DNA from: the human T2T-CHM13v2.0 reference genome, Homo sapiens
Strand: one strand, 5' to 3'
Length of the DNA stretch: 64,000 bases
Assembly: GCF_009914755.1 (NCBI RefSeq)
Contig: NC_060930.1
A program made the translations under genes and the position numbers. A model generated the notes under the pieces. It had not been told where the DNA came from. It saw nothing but the letters and a program-made list of their open reading frames with translations, and did not search any database. This document shows positions 45,527-60,517 of this stretch, piece by piece. How positions within the stretch are numbered: the stretch's first letter is position 1; every line of letters starts with the position of its first letter.

Positions 45527-45984
45527 TTTCTTCAGTTCATTTTAAAGTGTAAGTGAGATATTAGTATTTCCAGATATCTGCTCTAGAGCATCATTAGCAT
45601 GTACCTGATGACCTGGAAACAACAGTGCAAATTGCTCTAAGTTGTGGCCATAGCATATACTTAAGATTAAAATAAAATTATAAAATAAATCACTTATCCA
45701 GGAAATAGATAACAAACTTCATTTAAGTCAACATTGTCCACACTGTATTTCTTCATATAATAATTATTGCATTCATCTTATTATGAAATGTTGGAGATTT
45801 TAAAAATAGACATAGTCCTGTGCTAGGGAAGTGTGCACAGGACTATGCACAGTATTTCTATGGGGAAATACTGACATTGAATAAGTTATTTCAAGCAAAA
45901 AAGAATGTTTTAAAAAAGAAAATATATAGGGTAACAGCAAGGGTGGGGTCGAACAGAGAGTGCAAATGGTAAAGACCTCCCTGC

Positions 45985-46400
45985 TCATATATGTTCTTTA
46001 TTCAACAATTTTTTTTGAGGGCTTACTATATGCCAGGCACAACAGACAATAATAGGTCCAATAAGTGAATTATTTACTATTTTATAATAAGTAAGTTCTA
46101 TGGGAAAAAGGAAAAGTAGAAAAGAAAAAAGGAGGATGCCTAAGTGTCCATTCAGAGATGGTATCATTGAGAAGGTGAGAATTGAGCAAAGAACTGAAAA
46201 CATTAGCCAGGCAGATGTATAGGCAAAGAGAAGAGCCAGTGCAAGGGTCCTAAGGCAGAGTGTAGCTGGCACGTCCAGGGAATGACAAGGAGGCCAGGGT
46301 GGCGGAGGCAGAGAGAGTGAGGAGAGAGGAGAAGACAAGTTCAGAGACAGACCGGGAACGAGATCCTTTAGGGCCCTGTAGGCTACCGTGAAACCATCTT
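45985..46400 (-). mobile_element. L2 fragment
   Basis: ttactatatgccaggcac...gccagtgcaagggtcctaaggcag. Confidence 0.7.
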
Positions 46401-47371
46401 TTACTGACAGTGAACAGGCAACAACAACCAGAAATGTTCTTTCCTCCCCTACGTAGAGTCTCAGTGACTGGATGGTTCAGCTCCACCATGATTTCTAACT
46501 TGAGGACCACAGGTATTGGCATTGCCTAAGGAAGTTTATCATCATTTCCACATACAAGCAGGCACATCCTCCTCCCTTCCCCTGGTTACTCTCACACAAT
46601 CTAGGAAAACTGCATATCAATAAATAGAAGGGCTTGCCAGAACTCTGACAGGAGAATGGCATTAATGCATTTTTAAAGGTGAAAGAATAAAGCCCATTCA
46701 TAAATCAAAGTGAGCTAATTTTAAAATGTCACCTGGCCCACTGTCACTCTGGGAAGGAGTGGGAGCAAGGAAGAATAGACTTCCAGTTGACATGGTGGGT
46801 GCAGGGGGAACATCTGAGCACCAAGATGCCTCAGCGTCTTTTATCCTGTCAGCAGTATTAAGAAAAAGAAAAAAAAAAAAAAAACTGGGCCACGGGACCA
46901 TTTTTCACTTTGAACAAGACAATGTTAAAAATTAAACTGAAACATTAAGAAAAGAGGAGAATATCTCCTTGTTTTGAAAAAGCATTCAAAAGCATGGCCT
47001 GTCAAAGAAACAACGTGACCCAGAAGACAAGCAGCCTTTGATGTGGTCCTTCATATGACAGTTTTGAGCCTGCTCTACTCACCCAGAGGAGAGCCATTAG
47101 ATTGGCAGCAATGGAAAGAGGAAGCTTGCACAAGTTCTAGTCTCTTAGGCAAAGTACTCACCTTGAACCAGAAACCCTTCCTGTAATTTTCTTCTTCAGA
47201 TGAAATAAAGATTTATAGTCTCTACAATTCATAATTGCAAGTCAGAAAACTCCTGGGTCAGAACAGAACCTATGCAGTTGGCCTCAGGAGAGTTAGCCTT
47301 GTACACCTGGAACAGCCCATCCAAGTATCTTTTATGTGACATTTCCTTTACAGCTATGCAGCCCACAGGTA

Positions 47372-47450
47372 TTAGGTTGGTGCAAAAGTAATTGTGGGTT
47401 TTCCCATTACTTTTAGTGGCAAAAACCGCAATTGCTTTTTCATCAACCTA
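47372..47450. mobile_element. MADE1 (Hsmar1 mariner MITE)
   Basis: ttaggttggtgcaaaagtaattg...caattgctttttcatcaaccta, an ~80-bp inverted repeat flanked by TA. Confidence 0.9.
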
Positions 47451-48050
47451 TACGTAGCTGTCTTAGCAGTCTTAAGATACCACATTTTGTATTTTTTTAA
47501 AAGAAATCACCTATACATTCTCAACCATTTTTGTGGGGGCAAGTGGAACAAGGGGAGAAAGGCAAGTTGTGCTTTGTTTTTATCTGAACTATAACTCCTA
47601 TAACCTGAGCAATAGAAAACACATTAATCTCCATAAATATAGACTCTTCTAAACAAAAAGTCCAGAAGATTATCTTAGACAATACCGTCGTTTTACCGAG
47701 GAAACCCAGCTAACTAGACAAATGATGAAGTGATTCAATGTCTCCGTCAGCTGGTGTCAACATTTTTAAGAGGCGAATTGTGAAACTTTAAAGGAAATCA
47801 AAGTGCTGCAAATTCTGTGCGTAATTTGTTTCTCTTCCTGTTAAAGCAAATTCAGTTCCAAACAGGGGCAGTTGCACTACACAACTCCAGAGGGCATCAT
47901 TCCTATTGTAGTCTACAGCATGTCCCCTTCTGGAACTACACAGTGCAGGTTCTAGATAGAGGTACTCAGTGGCCCTTCCCAAATATCATTTGGTCCTTCA
48001 CAAATACCAGGTTAGTAAAAAAAAATGCACAGACTTCCAATGTAAACTTA

Positions 48051-48314
<264 letters not shown>

Positions 48315-49807
48315 CTACTATAAGAGATCAAGGGCTTCGTAGGCAAAAGTGGTCCCTCCTGTATTCCTACTTCTTCTACCCCAGTTCAGGCCATCATCAG
48401 CTAGTTCTATTGCTATGGGTCCTTCATGATAATACCTAGTTACCTCTCTAGCTTCACCTCCTAGTCCTCCTCATCTTGCATTTTCCACTTTGCTAACATC
48501 AAATCAGAGTCCGACATAACTACCTTCCTGTTTTGTGCCTCCCTGAGTTTGCTCATATTGTTTCCTCTGCTTAGAACACTCCTCCCATCATTCTGCACTT
48601 GGCCAACTCTCAAGCATCCTTGGGGACTAAGCTCAGGTCTGACCTTTCAGAAAGTCTTCTCAGTTCTCTTCTCCTCGATCCATTGGCTGTGAGAAGTGGA
48701 CTTCTTTAAGACAAAACATTTCATGCATTAAAATGACTTCCACGTCTCCTCCCACTAAATTGTAAGTTCCTCCAAACCATAACAATAAAAGAGTCCAGGA
48801 GATCAGCAAACACATTATGTCTTCAGACTCTGATCCTGACCAAGCTTCTCTGCCCAAGCTATTGGGCAGTTAATCCTCAAGAAACATTCACCATTAGCTG
48901 CAGTCACTGCCATGGAACATCTTGATTAGGTTGTAGTTACATCATCTGATCATTGCTTATGAGACAATAAGTTGCATATCACAACCCATTTTTGGACACC
49001 CTAAAATCTTAACCATGAGATTCCATAGCCAGTCAGAGAACAATTTTGGGCAGTGCGTAAGTTAAATATTTAAAGTATCTTGAGTGAAATTGGCCTTGCT
49101 TATAGATATGGTTAGCCATTCATTGCCTATTTGAGAGATTTGCATTGTGATAACTGCCTTGGAGATTGAAAGACTACCATTAAAGATAAATTCCTAACAA
49201 ATTATTTCAATCATTGATGGTCGACCAATTCAGGGAGGATTAGCTTATACTGCTCCAATTTATACAAGTCTGATTAATATCAGAAGAGAAAAATGTGTTA
49301 AATTCCACTGGTCTTGCACAGTTTCAAATGCTATTTATGAGTCAGATGAATAATTCTTCTTAGATCATTCTTAGATAGAAGGATGCTCCCTAACATGTGT
49401 CTATCATTCAGAGAAGGCTCTCCCCAAGTTAAGTTTAAAGAAATATGGAGTGAGTGATGCTTAAAGCAAACAGTTGTTTGTCATGGTTATACAGAATTAA
49501 CTATGCAAAAATACTGGGAAAACTGTAAAGTACTACATGATTATAATTAAAGTTTTTCTTTCCAATTTTCCTTTTTCTAGATTCTTGGTGTGGGTAAAAA
49601 AAAAAAAAATCCATCTTCTTTATATATTAGACAATGATTGGCACACAGCAGAGATGCAAAAAAATTATAAGGAGTAAATGAACTGATAAAAAAGCAAGAA
49701 AGATAGAAAAGATTGACCTACCTACCTAATCCCAGGAAAGCAATGCTCACTCTGGCTCTCAGTATCTTCATCTTTACTGTGATAGAGTTGATACTAGATG
49801 ATCTTGA

Positions 49808-50174
<367 letters not shown>

Positions 50175-50881
50175 CTTTTTTTTTTTTTTTTTAACATGCT
50201 TTCAGAAAATGCTAAAATGTCTATGTTTACAAATGATTTTTTAAATTGAGAACATTTAAGATAGGCTGTTTTCTCTAGACAGCTAAGAGTTCTTTTATCA
50301 ATAAATTGAATTTACATATCACTGTAGGTGGGTTTCCTCCAAAGAGTTAATTTTGTCCAACAGATAAGGAATCATGGAAACTTCAACCAACAGAAACATT
50401 AATGGACTCAAAAGACTGATCATTTCCCATTTTCATTTCTACTATGTTTCAAATCTATTTCCATTGGACGAATATTGCTTTAGGATTAACTGTATGTTAG
50501 GCGTTGTACAAGGCACCACACCCTTGGTCCACAGCCTGCATTTGGTTTTGCATTGTGTATACAAATTATAAGTATAAATTAATTTCCTACATGTAAATAA
50601 ATACCTAGACAGCCTGAGAAGCTAAGCCTTAAAATGTTTTTCATTAAATATATTTACCTTGGAACAGCCTCATAAGGATTAAGGATCCAACAACTCAATC
50701 CAACAACCCTCAAAGATTAATACTCAGAAGTCACAGAAACAGGGCCGTAGACTTATCTCTCTGCAACGTCCCCTAACTTACTAAGATTAATGACCGTGAC
50801 ACCAATCTTCACTACACATTACACCGACCGTGTGCTAAACAGGATTTGTGTATCTAAAAGAATCTCAAAATCTCAAGGCCG

Positions 50882-51192
<311 letters not shown>

Positions 51193-53176
51193 AAAATCTC
51201 AAGGCCAAGAATCCCGGCCTTCAAGGACTTTATGATATTGTGAAGAATTCTTTATTTAGTCAAACTTCCACTCAGCTGAAAGTCGGTAAGCCTCATGTCA
51301 TGACAAAGGTAGGGAATCCACATAGCTGGAGTTTGCAAAAAGAAAATATACAGTTGCTATCAATAACAAATTGGAAACAGACAGGGAGAGAAATCGGCAA
51401 GCAAGCTGATGATTTGATGATTAACACGGGATCAAAGTGCCTCACAGAAACCTTTGCTTGGGTCATCCTGAAAGTCTATGCCACTGCTAGTCACCATTCC
51501 AGGAGTTGTGAATTTTTGCATTTAAACAAGGATAACTGTAAACACCACAAAACACTATGGGGAGCTTGCGTTATATTAACTTAATTCAATCCAAAAACAA
51601 AGTGACTAATCCTTTCTAATCTTTCAGAAGGAAAATATTTGTACTGCCACATTTGTAATATCAATATTTATTGCCTCACTTTTAAAAATCTTCTTATGGG
51701 GAAAATCTGCTGTTACTTGTTTGGTATACTGCCAGAGCACTTAATTGAGAAACGATAAAGAAAAGTGAACAAAGAAAGAAAAATACGTCAAATATTAAAG
51801 AACAATATACTGGGTGGTTTTTCATAAGTCTAGCTCTGGTAATTGTAAAGTTACATGACAACAGTTCCAGTTGTGTAACAGTCAAATCTCATTAGAATTC
51901 AGCAAGTAGGAGAAACAAAATCAATTTTTAGCAGTGGTGTGAATAAACCAGTATGTCATTTTATTTGCACCATAACAATGCACCTAATAAGACCTTCTTC
52001 AGCCAGGAAACTTTTGAATAAGACAAGTTGATAGAGAGAGGAATTAAATTATTCTGTGATTTATTCTCCCTTCCTATTGGCAAACTATGATCATTATTCA
52101 TCAATCTTTCTTTTGCTAGTCATGGCATCTGATGTATATAAAAGCAGACAATTCTAAATAACTGTTGTGAAGATATTCAAAATCCTTTCTTGTCAGCTCT
52201 GAAATGTTTTTGGCTTTGAAGAAGGTATTATTGAACTCATCTAATATTTGCAGATAAAATCATTTTAACTTTAAAAGAAACACAACTTTTTCTAAAGCAA
52301 AGGAATATGGGACTGTAATAAATACTTTTTCAGGGCAAGGAAGAAGGAAAAAGGGAGAATGAGAAATAGAAGAAAAAAGGGGAAGAAAATAATGTCCTAC
52401 ATAAGAGTTAAGATAATGCAAAATGTAAAACACTTTTTTCCTTTTGATTCTAATATATCAACTTTTAAAATTCCCTTTACTCTTGTAAATGGTTGCCACG
52501 AATTTCCAAATTCAGCTGGAGATGAGGAAAATACAGAAGGCACTCAAGTAATGTGTGGTAGCCTTACCAGTACTTTCACCCACTCATGTTTTGCAAGGAA
52601 GACTTTTCTGAAGCTGAGGAGTATATCATGACAGCAGACAATATATGGGAGAGTACAGAGATGTAAATGTTGCTCCTGATTCCATTCCTACTGACCTGTC
52701 TGACCTTTAGCTTTTCTTGCTCCCTGTTTTTATATTTATAATTGAAGTTTTGAGGCAATCTTGAAGTAGCCTCCCAGGCTCCAGTGTTTTCTCTGCTCAC
52801 AGTCATCGTCCACGTGGCTGCCAGTTATCTTTTGATAACATGTACGTCTTCATCCTGCTATCATGATTAAAACGTCTGCTGCCTTCTCAAACAGACAGGA
52901 TAAAATCCAGCTCCTCAGGAGGCCCAACAAGGCCCTTGGCAATCTAACCCAGCTGTTCTTTGCGTCTTTATCTTCTACCTCCTTCCTCTTCCCACCCTCA
53001 TACTATCCTGCGTATCCACTGTTCCCTGAACAAACCACACTTTTGCTTTTTTATGTGCTGTCTTCACTCTCTGAATCCTTTTCTTTCCCTTTCCCTACAT
53101 CTCCATTGTAACATTACAGTCACCCTGGGGACACCTTCTCCAAGCTCCCAGGCCAGTGTAGCCCTTTGTTTTGAAA

Positions 53177-53712
53177 TGCAAGTTTTGTTATTACTCAGGT
53201 ATGGTGAGAACAACAGATAAGGAGATGACTGCCATTGGAAAGAGTTTGTTACTCACAGTTCCCAAGAGGAGGGGGCAAGCCACGCCACACAGGGCCATAT
53301 GGGGAAGCACCAAGGTAGGTCACAAAAAAAGGAGGGCAAGAGCCTTTATAGTGGTTTCTGCAGGAAAGACAAGGCTGGGCAAGGTAAGAAGGCTTAGGAT
53401 TGGCTGGTTTGAATAATTTCAGCATACTCTGGGGTATAGGGGGTGTCCTTAGTTGTCTGGTCCCTGGTCCTGGAGTGATCAGAGTGGAGAATATTAGCCT
53501 TGAGTGTGACAGCCCAGTAGAGGAGGTGGTTGGGTCTGTGGGCTCTGGATTGGTTGGTTTGCATATGAAAGTCACACTCCCTGGTGATGAGTTGTTTACT
53601 ATCTCTAGGATTTGGCTACTCCTGGGAAAAGCAGTCAGTCTTCCAGAATTAGCAAGGCTCCAAGATATCAAAGCATCAGAATTACAGAAAACAAAAAGGC
53701 AGAATTAATACA
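53177..53712 (-). mobile_element. MER74-like ERVL LTR
   Basis: Sense tgtattaatt...cctagagatagtaaacaactc...catatgcaaaccaaccaatccagagccc. Confidence 0.7.
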
Positions 53713-54903
53713 CCCCTCCCTACTGTAATTTGTACAATACTTACATAAAACATTGCATTTAAATTGTTTATTTCTGTCTGCTTCCTCAAGAACAGAGACC
53801 CCAACTTTGGAACATGCAAAGATCTAAATGGAAACAGTGAGTGAATGCAAGCAGATTGTGCCTGACAAAGAACCAGAGATGAGTATATTAGATAATCTCC
53901 TAACACTGAACTTTCCAGAGATTTCGATATTACAAAGGTTAAAATGATGACTTTGCATCTGGGAACACTTGTACATAATGTCTACATATTTGGCCGTTGG
54001 ATGTCCAAGGCAAGTCTGTGCAGCACCTGCCAAGTCACAAGACCCAAATAAGCACTTCTTGAGATACGATTTCCTTCAGGCCTGTGGGCTGGGCCATCCA
54101 TCACATGTGTAAACTGAGCAGCACATTCTTCTGTATCTTCATACAGAGTAAATCAATCAGAACAGCAAACCTCTATTCTTTCTTTATGTTCTTCACTCAG
54201 CCACCTTAGATGAATATCCTTTAGCTCATACTCAGTTTTAACAAGAATAATAAACTGAGAGATAATATGAGATAGACTTCCATTTTTCTGTCAAGATATT
54301 TCCCTTTTAAGAAACAAGAGAAAAAATAAGCAAAAATAATGCAGAATAGAACTCTTTTAATGCCTTTGATTGTAGCCCATTAAATAAGACCCCCAGAGAG
54401 CAGTGTGTGTCTCTGATTGGAGGAGAGCACTACAGAATAAGTGGGGGCCGAGTGCTTGGGGGACATAGCAGGTTACCAATACATGACATTAACCAAAAAT
54501 AAAGAGTGGGACAAAGCAGTTCAAGAAAATCAGCAGCGGGGAAGAAAACAGAACAAGGACCAGTAGGTGAAAAAAGAAAGGAACACATACACTAATGAAT
54601 TAGGTCATTCATTTACCAACAACAGTCACTCACTGTGATTGGCAACTAAAAAAACACAGTCAAGCCTAAGTGAAATGCATTGCTTCCATCAAGCTAAATC
54701 TATAGCCAAAACATCCAATTCGTTCTTTCTGCCAATTTTACAGCCTCCTCTTTAGGTCCAATGAAACCACTTAAGGATTCTTTTAAACAAGACAATATAT
54801 GTGAAAGCACCTAACACACCAAAGAGGAAATGAGGCTATTCAATAAATGTGAGTGTTCCATTTCCTTCCCTGTATGCAATTTCAGAAATGACTCCAAACT
54901 CAT

Positions 54904-55352
54904 TTTCACTCGCGTCCCTGTGAAGAGACCACCAAACAAGCTTTGTGTGAGCAGCAAGGCTGTTTATTTCACCTGGGTGCAGGCGGGCTGAGTCTGAAAA
55001 GAGAGTCAGTGAAGGAAGATAGGGGTGGGGCCGTTTAATAAGATTTGGGTAGGTAAAGGAAAAAGGGGGGTTGTTCTCTGGCGGGCAGGAGTCGGGGTCA
55101 CAAGGTGTTCAACGGGGGAGATTTTTGAGCCAGGATGAGCCAGGAGAAGGAATTTCACAAGGTAATGTCATCAGTTAAGGCAAGGACCGGCCACTTTCAC
55201 TTCTTTTGTGGTGGAATGTGATCAGTTAAGGCAGGAGCAGGCCATTTAAATATCACTTCTTTTGTGATTCTTCAGTTACTTCAGGCCATCTGGATGTATA
55301 CCTGCAGGTCACAGGGGATATGATGGCTTAGCTTGGGCTCAGAGGCCTGACA
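54904..55352 (-). mobile_element. HERV-H solo LTR (LTR7, LTR7B-like)
   Basis: Sense TGTCAGGCCTCTGAGCCCAAGCTAAGCCATC...GACGCGAGTGAAA; TSD CTCAT / GTCAT. Confidence 0.92.
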
Positions 55353-55974
55353 GTCATCAAATTCCATGGTCAACAGATAAACAATATATTTATCTCACCA
55401 AATTGAATTTTATGGTTGGTGAGAAATCCAAGATCTCAGAGTGATTAGTTCACAAAGGGACTCACTGTGTGGTCCTTTCCTACTATTACTCTGGCACTTT
55501 CTGGCATGGCCCTCAGCAATTCCTCACTGACAGCTAACAACCTCTGCCTTTGTCTTTATGGCCAGAGACTGAGCAAATACAAGTTCATCCACTTGGCAAA
55601 TGTGATGTTTCTCTTGTATCTTAGCCAACCAAAACATGCCATTAATGGAAGCCATCAGGCAAAGCATTTTCAGTATCCTGGCTCCTTTCCCATATGTCCC
55701 TCTTCCTTCCCTTAATATTTGGGTTATGAAGGGAAACATTATTTATTTCATTTTTTACCTTTGAGTTCCATTGAGCTTCTTTCCACAAAGAGTAACCATG
55801 TAACTGAGATTTAGATGACTCTACTGAAATACTGCTTTTTCTACTTCCAGCTTGAGGAATGACTGATAAACAAAAATTCTATATATTTAGGGTGTACAAT
55901 GTGATAATTTGGTATACATATACATTGTGAGATGATCACAACAATCAAGCTAATTTACATACCTATCACCTCAG

Positions 55975-56009
<35 letters not shown>

Positions 56010-56201
56010 TGAGTACCCTTCAGATCTCCTTTCTTAGCAAATTTCAAGGATTTAATATATTATTATTCACTGTAGTCATGTTGTACATTTGATCTCCAGA
56101 AATTATTCATTATATAACTGAAATTTTGTACCTTTTGTCCAACATTTCCCCATTTCTCCCACCCCTCCACCCCTAGAGACCACCACTCTACTCTTTGTTT
56201 T

Positions 56202-56301
56202 GTGTTTTAAGTGAAATCAAAGCAAGTTTATTAGAGCAACAGAGTACAGGAAAATGGCTGCTCCACAGACAAAGCAGGGCTATCCCATAGGCAGAATAGC
56301 T
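56202..56301 (-). mobile_element. Short ERV1-LTR-like 3' fragment with AATAAA and A-rich tail
   Basis: Interrupts the L1; flanked by ctct(t/c)tgtttt direct repeats. Confidence 0.55.
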
Positions 56302-57040
56302 TGCTCTCTGTTTTTATAAGTTGGCCTTTTTTAGATTCCACGCATAAGTGAGATCATGCAATATGTGTCATTCTGTGTCTAGATTATTTCACTTAGCATA
56401 ACATCTCTAGTTTATCCATATTGTCACAAATGGCAGGATTTCTTTCTTTTATTAAGGCTGAATAATATTCCATTGTGTGTATGTTGTGTATACGTATAAA
56501 TACACAACATTATCTTTATGTATTCATTCTTTGATTGACACTTCGGTTGTTTCCATATCTTGGCTATTATAAATAATGCTGCAATAAATACGGGAGTACA
56601 GATATCTCTTTGACATACCGACTTCTTTTTCTTTGGATATATAGCCAGGAATTGGATTGCTAGATCATATGCTAGCTCTATTTTTAATTATTTGAGGTAC
56701 CCCCATACTCTATCCCATAAAAGCTATTGTACCAATTTACATTCCCAGCAACAGCGTGCAAAGTTTCCCTTTCCTCCACATCTTCACCAACACTTATCTT
56801 CTGTTATTTTGATAGTAGCCATTCTATCAATAACAGATGTGAGGTGATAGCGCATGGTTTTGATTTGCATTTCCCTAATGATTAGTGATATTGAGCACCT
56901 TTTCATATACCTGTTGGCCATTTGTATGTCTTCTTTGAAAAAATGTCTATTGAAGTCCTTTTATCATTTCTCACAGTTATTTGTTTTTCTGTTTTTTGTT
57001 CGTATTGTTTTGTTTTACTTTTGCATTATAGCAGTTCCTT

Positions 57041-57165
57041 ACATTTTTTCAAAATTAACCGTTCATCAGATACACGGTTTGCAAATATTTTCTCCCATTC
57101 CACATTTTTTCAAAATTAACCCTTCATCAGATACATGGTTTGCAAATATTTTCTCCCATTCCACA
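57041..57165. repeat. 61-bp tandem duplication inside the L1
   Basis: acattttttcaaaattaacc...tctcccattcc twice, 2 mismatches. Confidence 0.9.
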
Positions 57166-59574
57166 GGTTGCCTTTTCATTTTATTGACTGTTTCCTTTGC
57201 TGTGTATAATCTTTTTAGTTTGATGTAGTCTCACTTGTTTATTTGTGCTTTCATTGCTTATGTTTTTGATGTCATATCCAAAAAATTTTGCCAAGACCAA
57301 TATCAAGGAGCTATTTCTCTATGTTTTTTTCTAGGAGTTTTACAGTTTCATGTCTATGTTTAAGTGTTTAATCCATCTTGAGTTGATTTTTTGTGTATGA
57401 TGTAAGCCAAGAATCTAATTTCATTCTTTCCCACATGGATACCCAGTTTTCTCAACATCATTTATTGAAGAGATAGTCCTTTCCTTGTTATGAATTTGTG
57501 GCACTGCTTGCTAAAGATTATTTGACTATATATGTGTGGGTTTATTTCTGGGATTTCTATTATGTTCCCTTCATCTATGTTCCTGATTTATACAGGTACT
57601 ATACTGTTTTGATTATTATGGCTTTGTGATATAGCCTGAAATCAGGAAGTGAGATGCCTTCAACATTCTTCTTCTTTCTCAAGATTGCTTTAGTTATTTG
57701 GGATCCTTTGTGGTTTCATACAAATTTATGATTGTTATTTCTATTGCTGTGAAAAACATAATTGAAATTTTGATTGGGATTGCATTGAATATGCAGATAA
57801 CATTGGATAATATGGACATTTTAACAGTATAAATTCTTTCAATCCATAAATGTGAAATACCTTTCTAGTTATTTGTGTCTTCTTCAATTTCTTTCATAAG
57901 TGATTTGTGATTTTCGCTGTACAAGTCTTTCACCTTCTTGGTTTAATTTATTCCTATTTTATCATTTTTGATACTGTTATAAATGGGATTGTTTTCATCG
58001 TTTCTTTTTTGGATAGTTCATTGTTACTGTATAGAAATGCAACTGATTTTTATGTGTTGATTTTGTATCCTGCAATTTTACTGAATTTGTTACTTGTTCG
58101 AACAGTTTTTTGATGAAGTCTTTAGGGTTTTCTCTATATAATATCACATTATCTGCAAACAATTTGACTTTCTCTTTTCCAATTTGGATGTCTTTTATTC
58201 CTTTTTCTTGCCTAATATATCTGGCTAGGATTTACAGTACTATACTGAATAGAATTGGTGAGTGGAAATTCTTTCCTTGTTCCTGATCTTAGAAGAAAAG
58301 TTTTCAGTTTTTCACTATTGAATATGATGTTTGTTGTGGGCTTGTCATAGATGTCCTTATTGTGTTGAGGCAAGTTCCTTGTATACCTAATTTGTTGAGA
58401 AGTTTATCATGAAAGGATGTTGAATTTTGTTAAATACTTCTTCGGCACCTGTTGGGATAGTCATATAATTTGTATCCTTCATTTTGTTACTATGGTGTAT
58501 CATATTTATTGATTTGCATCTGGTGAACCATCCTTGCATCCGGTGAACCATCCTTGCATCCCAGAGATAAATCTAAATTGATCATGGTATATGATGCTTT
58601 TAACATTCTGTTAAATTTAGTTTGCAAGTATTTCATTGTGGATTTTTGCATCTAAGTTCATATTGGTCTGTTATTTTCTTTTCTTGTAGTGCATTTATCT
58701 GGCTTTAGTTTCAGGGGAGTGCTAGACTCATAAAATGAGTTTGGAAATATTGGCTCCTCTTTAGTTTCTGTGACAATTTGAGAATAAGTGGTATTAGTTT
58801 TGTAAATGTTTGGTAAGTTTCACCAGTGAAGCCATCTGGTCCCAGGTCTTTTTTTTAATTGGGATTTTTTTGAATTTTATTGTGATAAAATACACATAAC
58901 ATGAAATTTACCCACTTAACCATTTTTAAGTATACAATTCGGTGGTATTAAATACATTCATAATGTGTGCAACCATCACCACCATCCATCTCCATAGTTC
59001 TTTTCATCTTATATAACTGAAACCCTATACCCATTAAACAATAACTCTCATTTCCTCCACCCTTACCCCTGTCAAACACCATTCAATTTTCTGTATGATT
59101 TTGACTACTCTAAATATCTCATATAAGTGGAATCACACAGTATCTATTAATAATTAGCTTATCTCACTTAGAATTATTTATCAAAATCCATTCATGTTGT
59201 AACACATTGAAGACTTTCCTTCCTTTCTAAGATTAAATAATATTTCATTGTATGAATATATCATGTTTTGCTTATCCATTCATCTATCCATGAATTGCTT
59301 CCATGTTTTACCTATTGTGAATAATGCTGCTGTGAGCATAAGTATACAAATATTTCTGCAAGATCCTGCTTTTAATTCTTTTAGGTATATGCCCAGAAAT
59401 GGAATTGCTGGATCATACGGTAATTCTATTTTTAATTTTTTCAGGAACTGCCATACTGTTTTCCACAGTGGCTGCACCATTTTACATTTCCACCAACAAA
59501 GCACAAGGGATCCATTTTCTTTACATCCTCTAAAACACTTGTTATTTTCTGATTTTTGCTAGTAGCAATCCTAA

Positions 59575-59576
<2 letters not shown>

Positions 59577-59612
<36 letters not shown>
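59577..59612. repeat. (TG)n microsatellite
   Basis: Direct reading. Confidence 0.95.
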
Positions 59613-59613
<1 letters not shown>

Positions 59614-60517
59614 TAGTGGTATCTCATTGTAGTTTTGATTCACATTTCCCTAATTATTACTGATACTGAGCATTTTTTCATGTGCTTATTGGCCATTTGT
59701 ATGTCTTCTTTGGATGTATGTCTAAGTCCTTCGATCATGTTTGAACTGATTTGTTTCTTTCATAGTTGAGTTTTAGGAATTCTCTATATATTCTGCATAT
59801 TAATACCTTATGAGATACATAATTTGCAAATATTTTCTCGCATTCTATAGGTTGCCTGTTTACTCAGTTGTTAGTGTCTTTTGAAGCACAAAATGTTTTA
59901 AATTTTATGGAGTCTGATTTGCATATCTCTTCTTTTGTTGACTGTGCTTATGGTGTCATATCCAAGAAATTATTGGCAAGTCCAATCTCATAAAGGTTTT
60001 GCCCTACATTTTCTCCTAAAAGTTTTATTATTTTAGGTCTTACATTTAGGTATTTGACCAATTTTCAGTTAATTTTTGTACACAGTATTAGGTAAGGGTC
60101 CAATTTCACTCTTGCATGTGTTTATCCAACTTTTTCCAGCACCATTTGTTGGAAAGACTGTCCTTTATCCACTGAATGGTCTTGGTACCTTTGTCAAAAG
60201 TCATTTGATCACATATGTGGTGATACATTTGCACAATTTCTATTATATTCCATTGATCTACATGTCTTTTTTATGCCAGTACCACACTGCTTTGATTAGA
60301 GTAGCTTTGTCATAAGTTTTAAAATCTGAAAATGTGAGTCTTCCAGCTTCGATTTTCTCTCTCAAAATTGTTTTGGCTACTCGGGTTCCCTTGAGATTCC
60401 ATATGAATTATAGGATGGGTTTTTCTATTTCTGCAAGAAACATCATTGTATTTTGATAAGAATAACATTGAATCTGTAGATTGCTTTAGGTAATATTGGC
60501 ATTTTAACAATATTAAG

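Larger units (their letters stand above)
55845..58860 (-). mobile_element. L1MA (ORF2 3' part and 3'UTR), decayed
   Basis: Antisense L1 ORF2/3'UTR motifs; (TG)n at 55979-56005. Confidence 0.88.
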
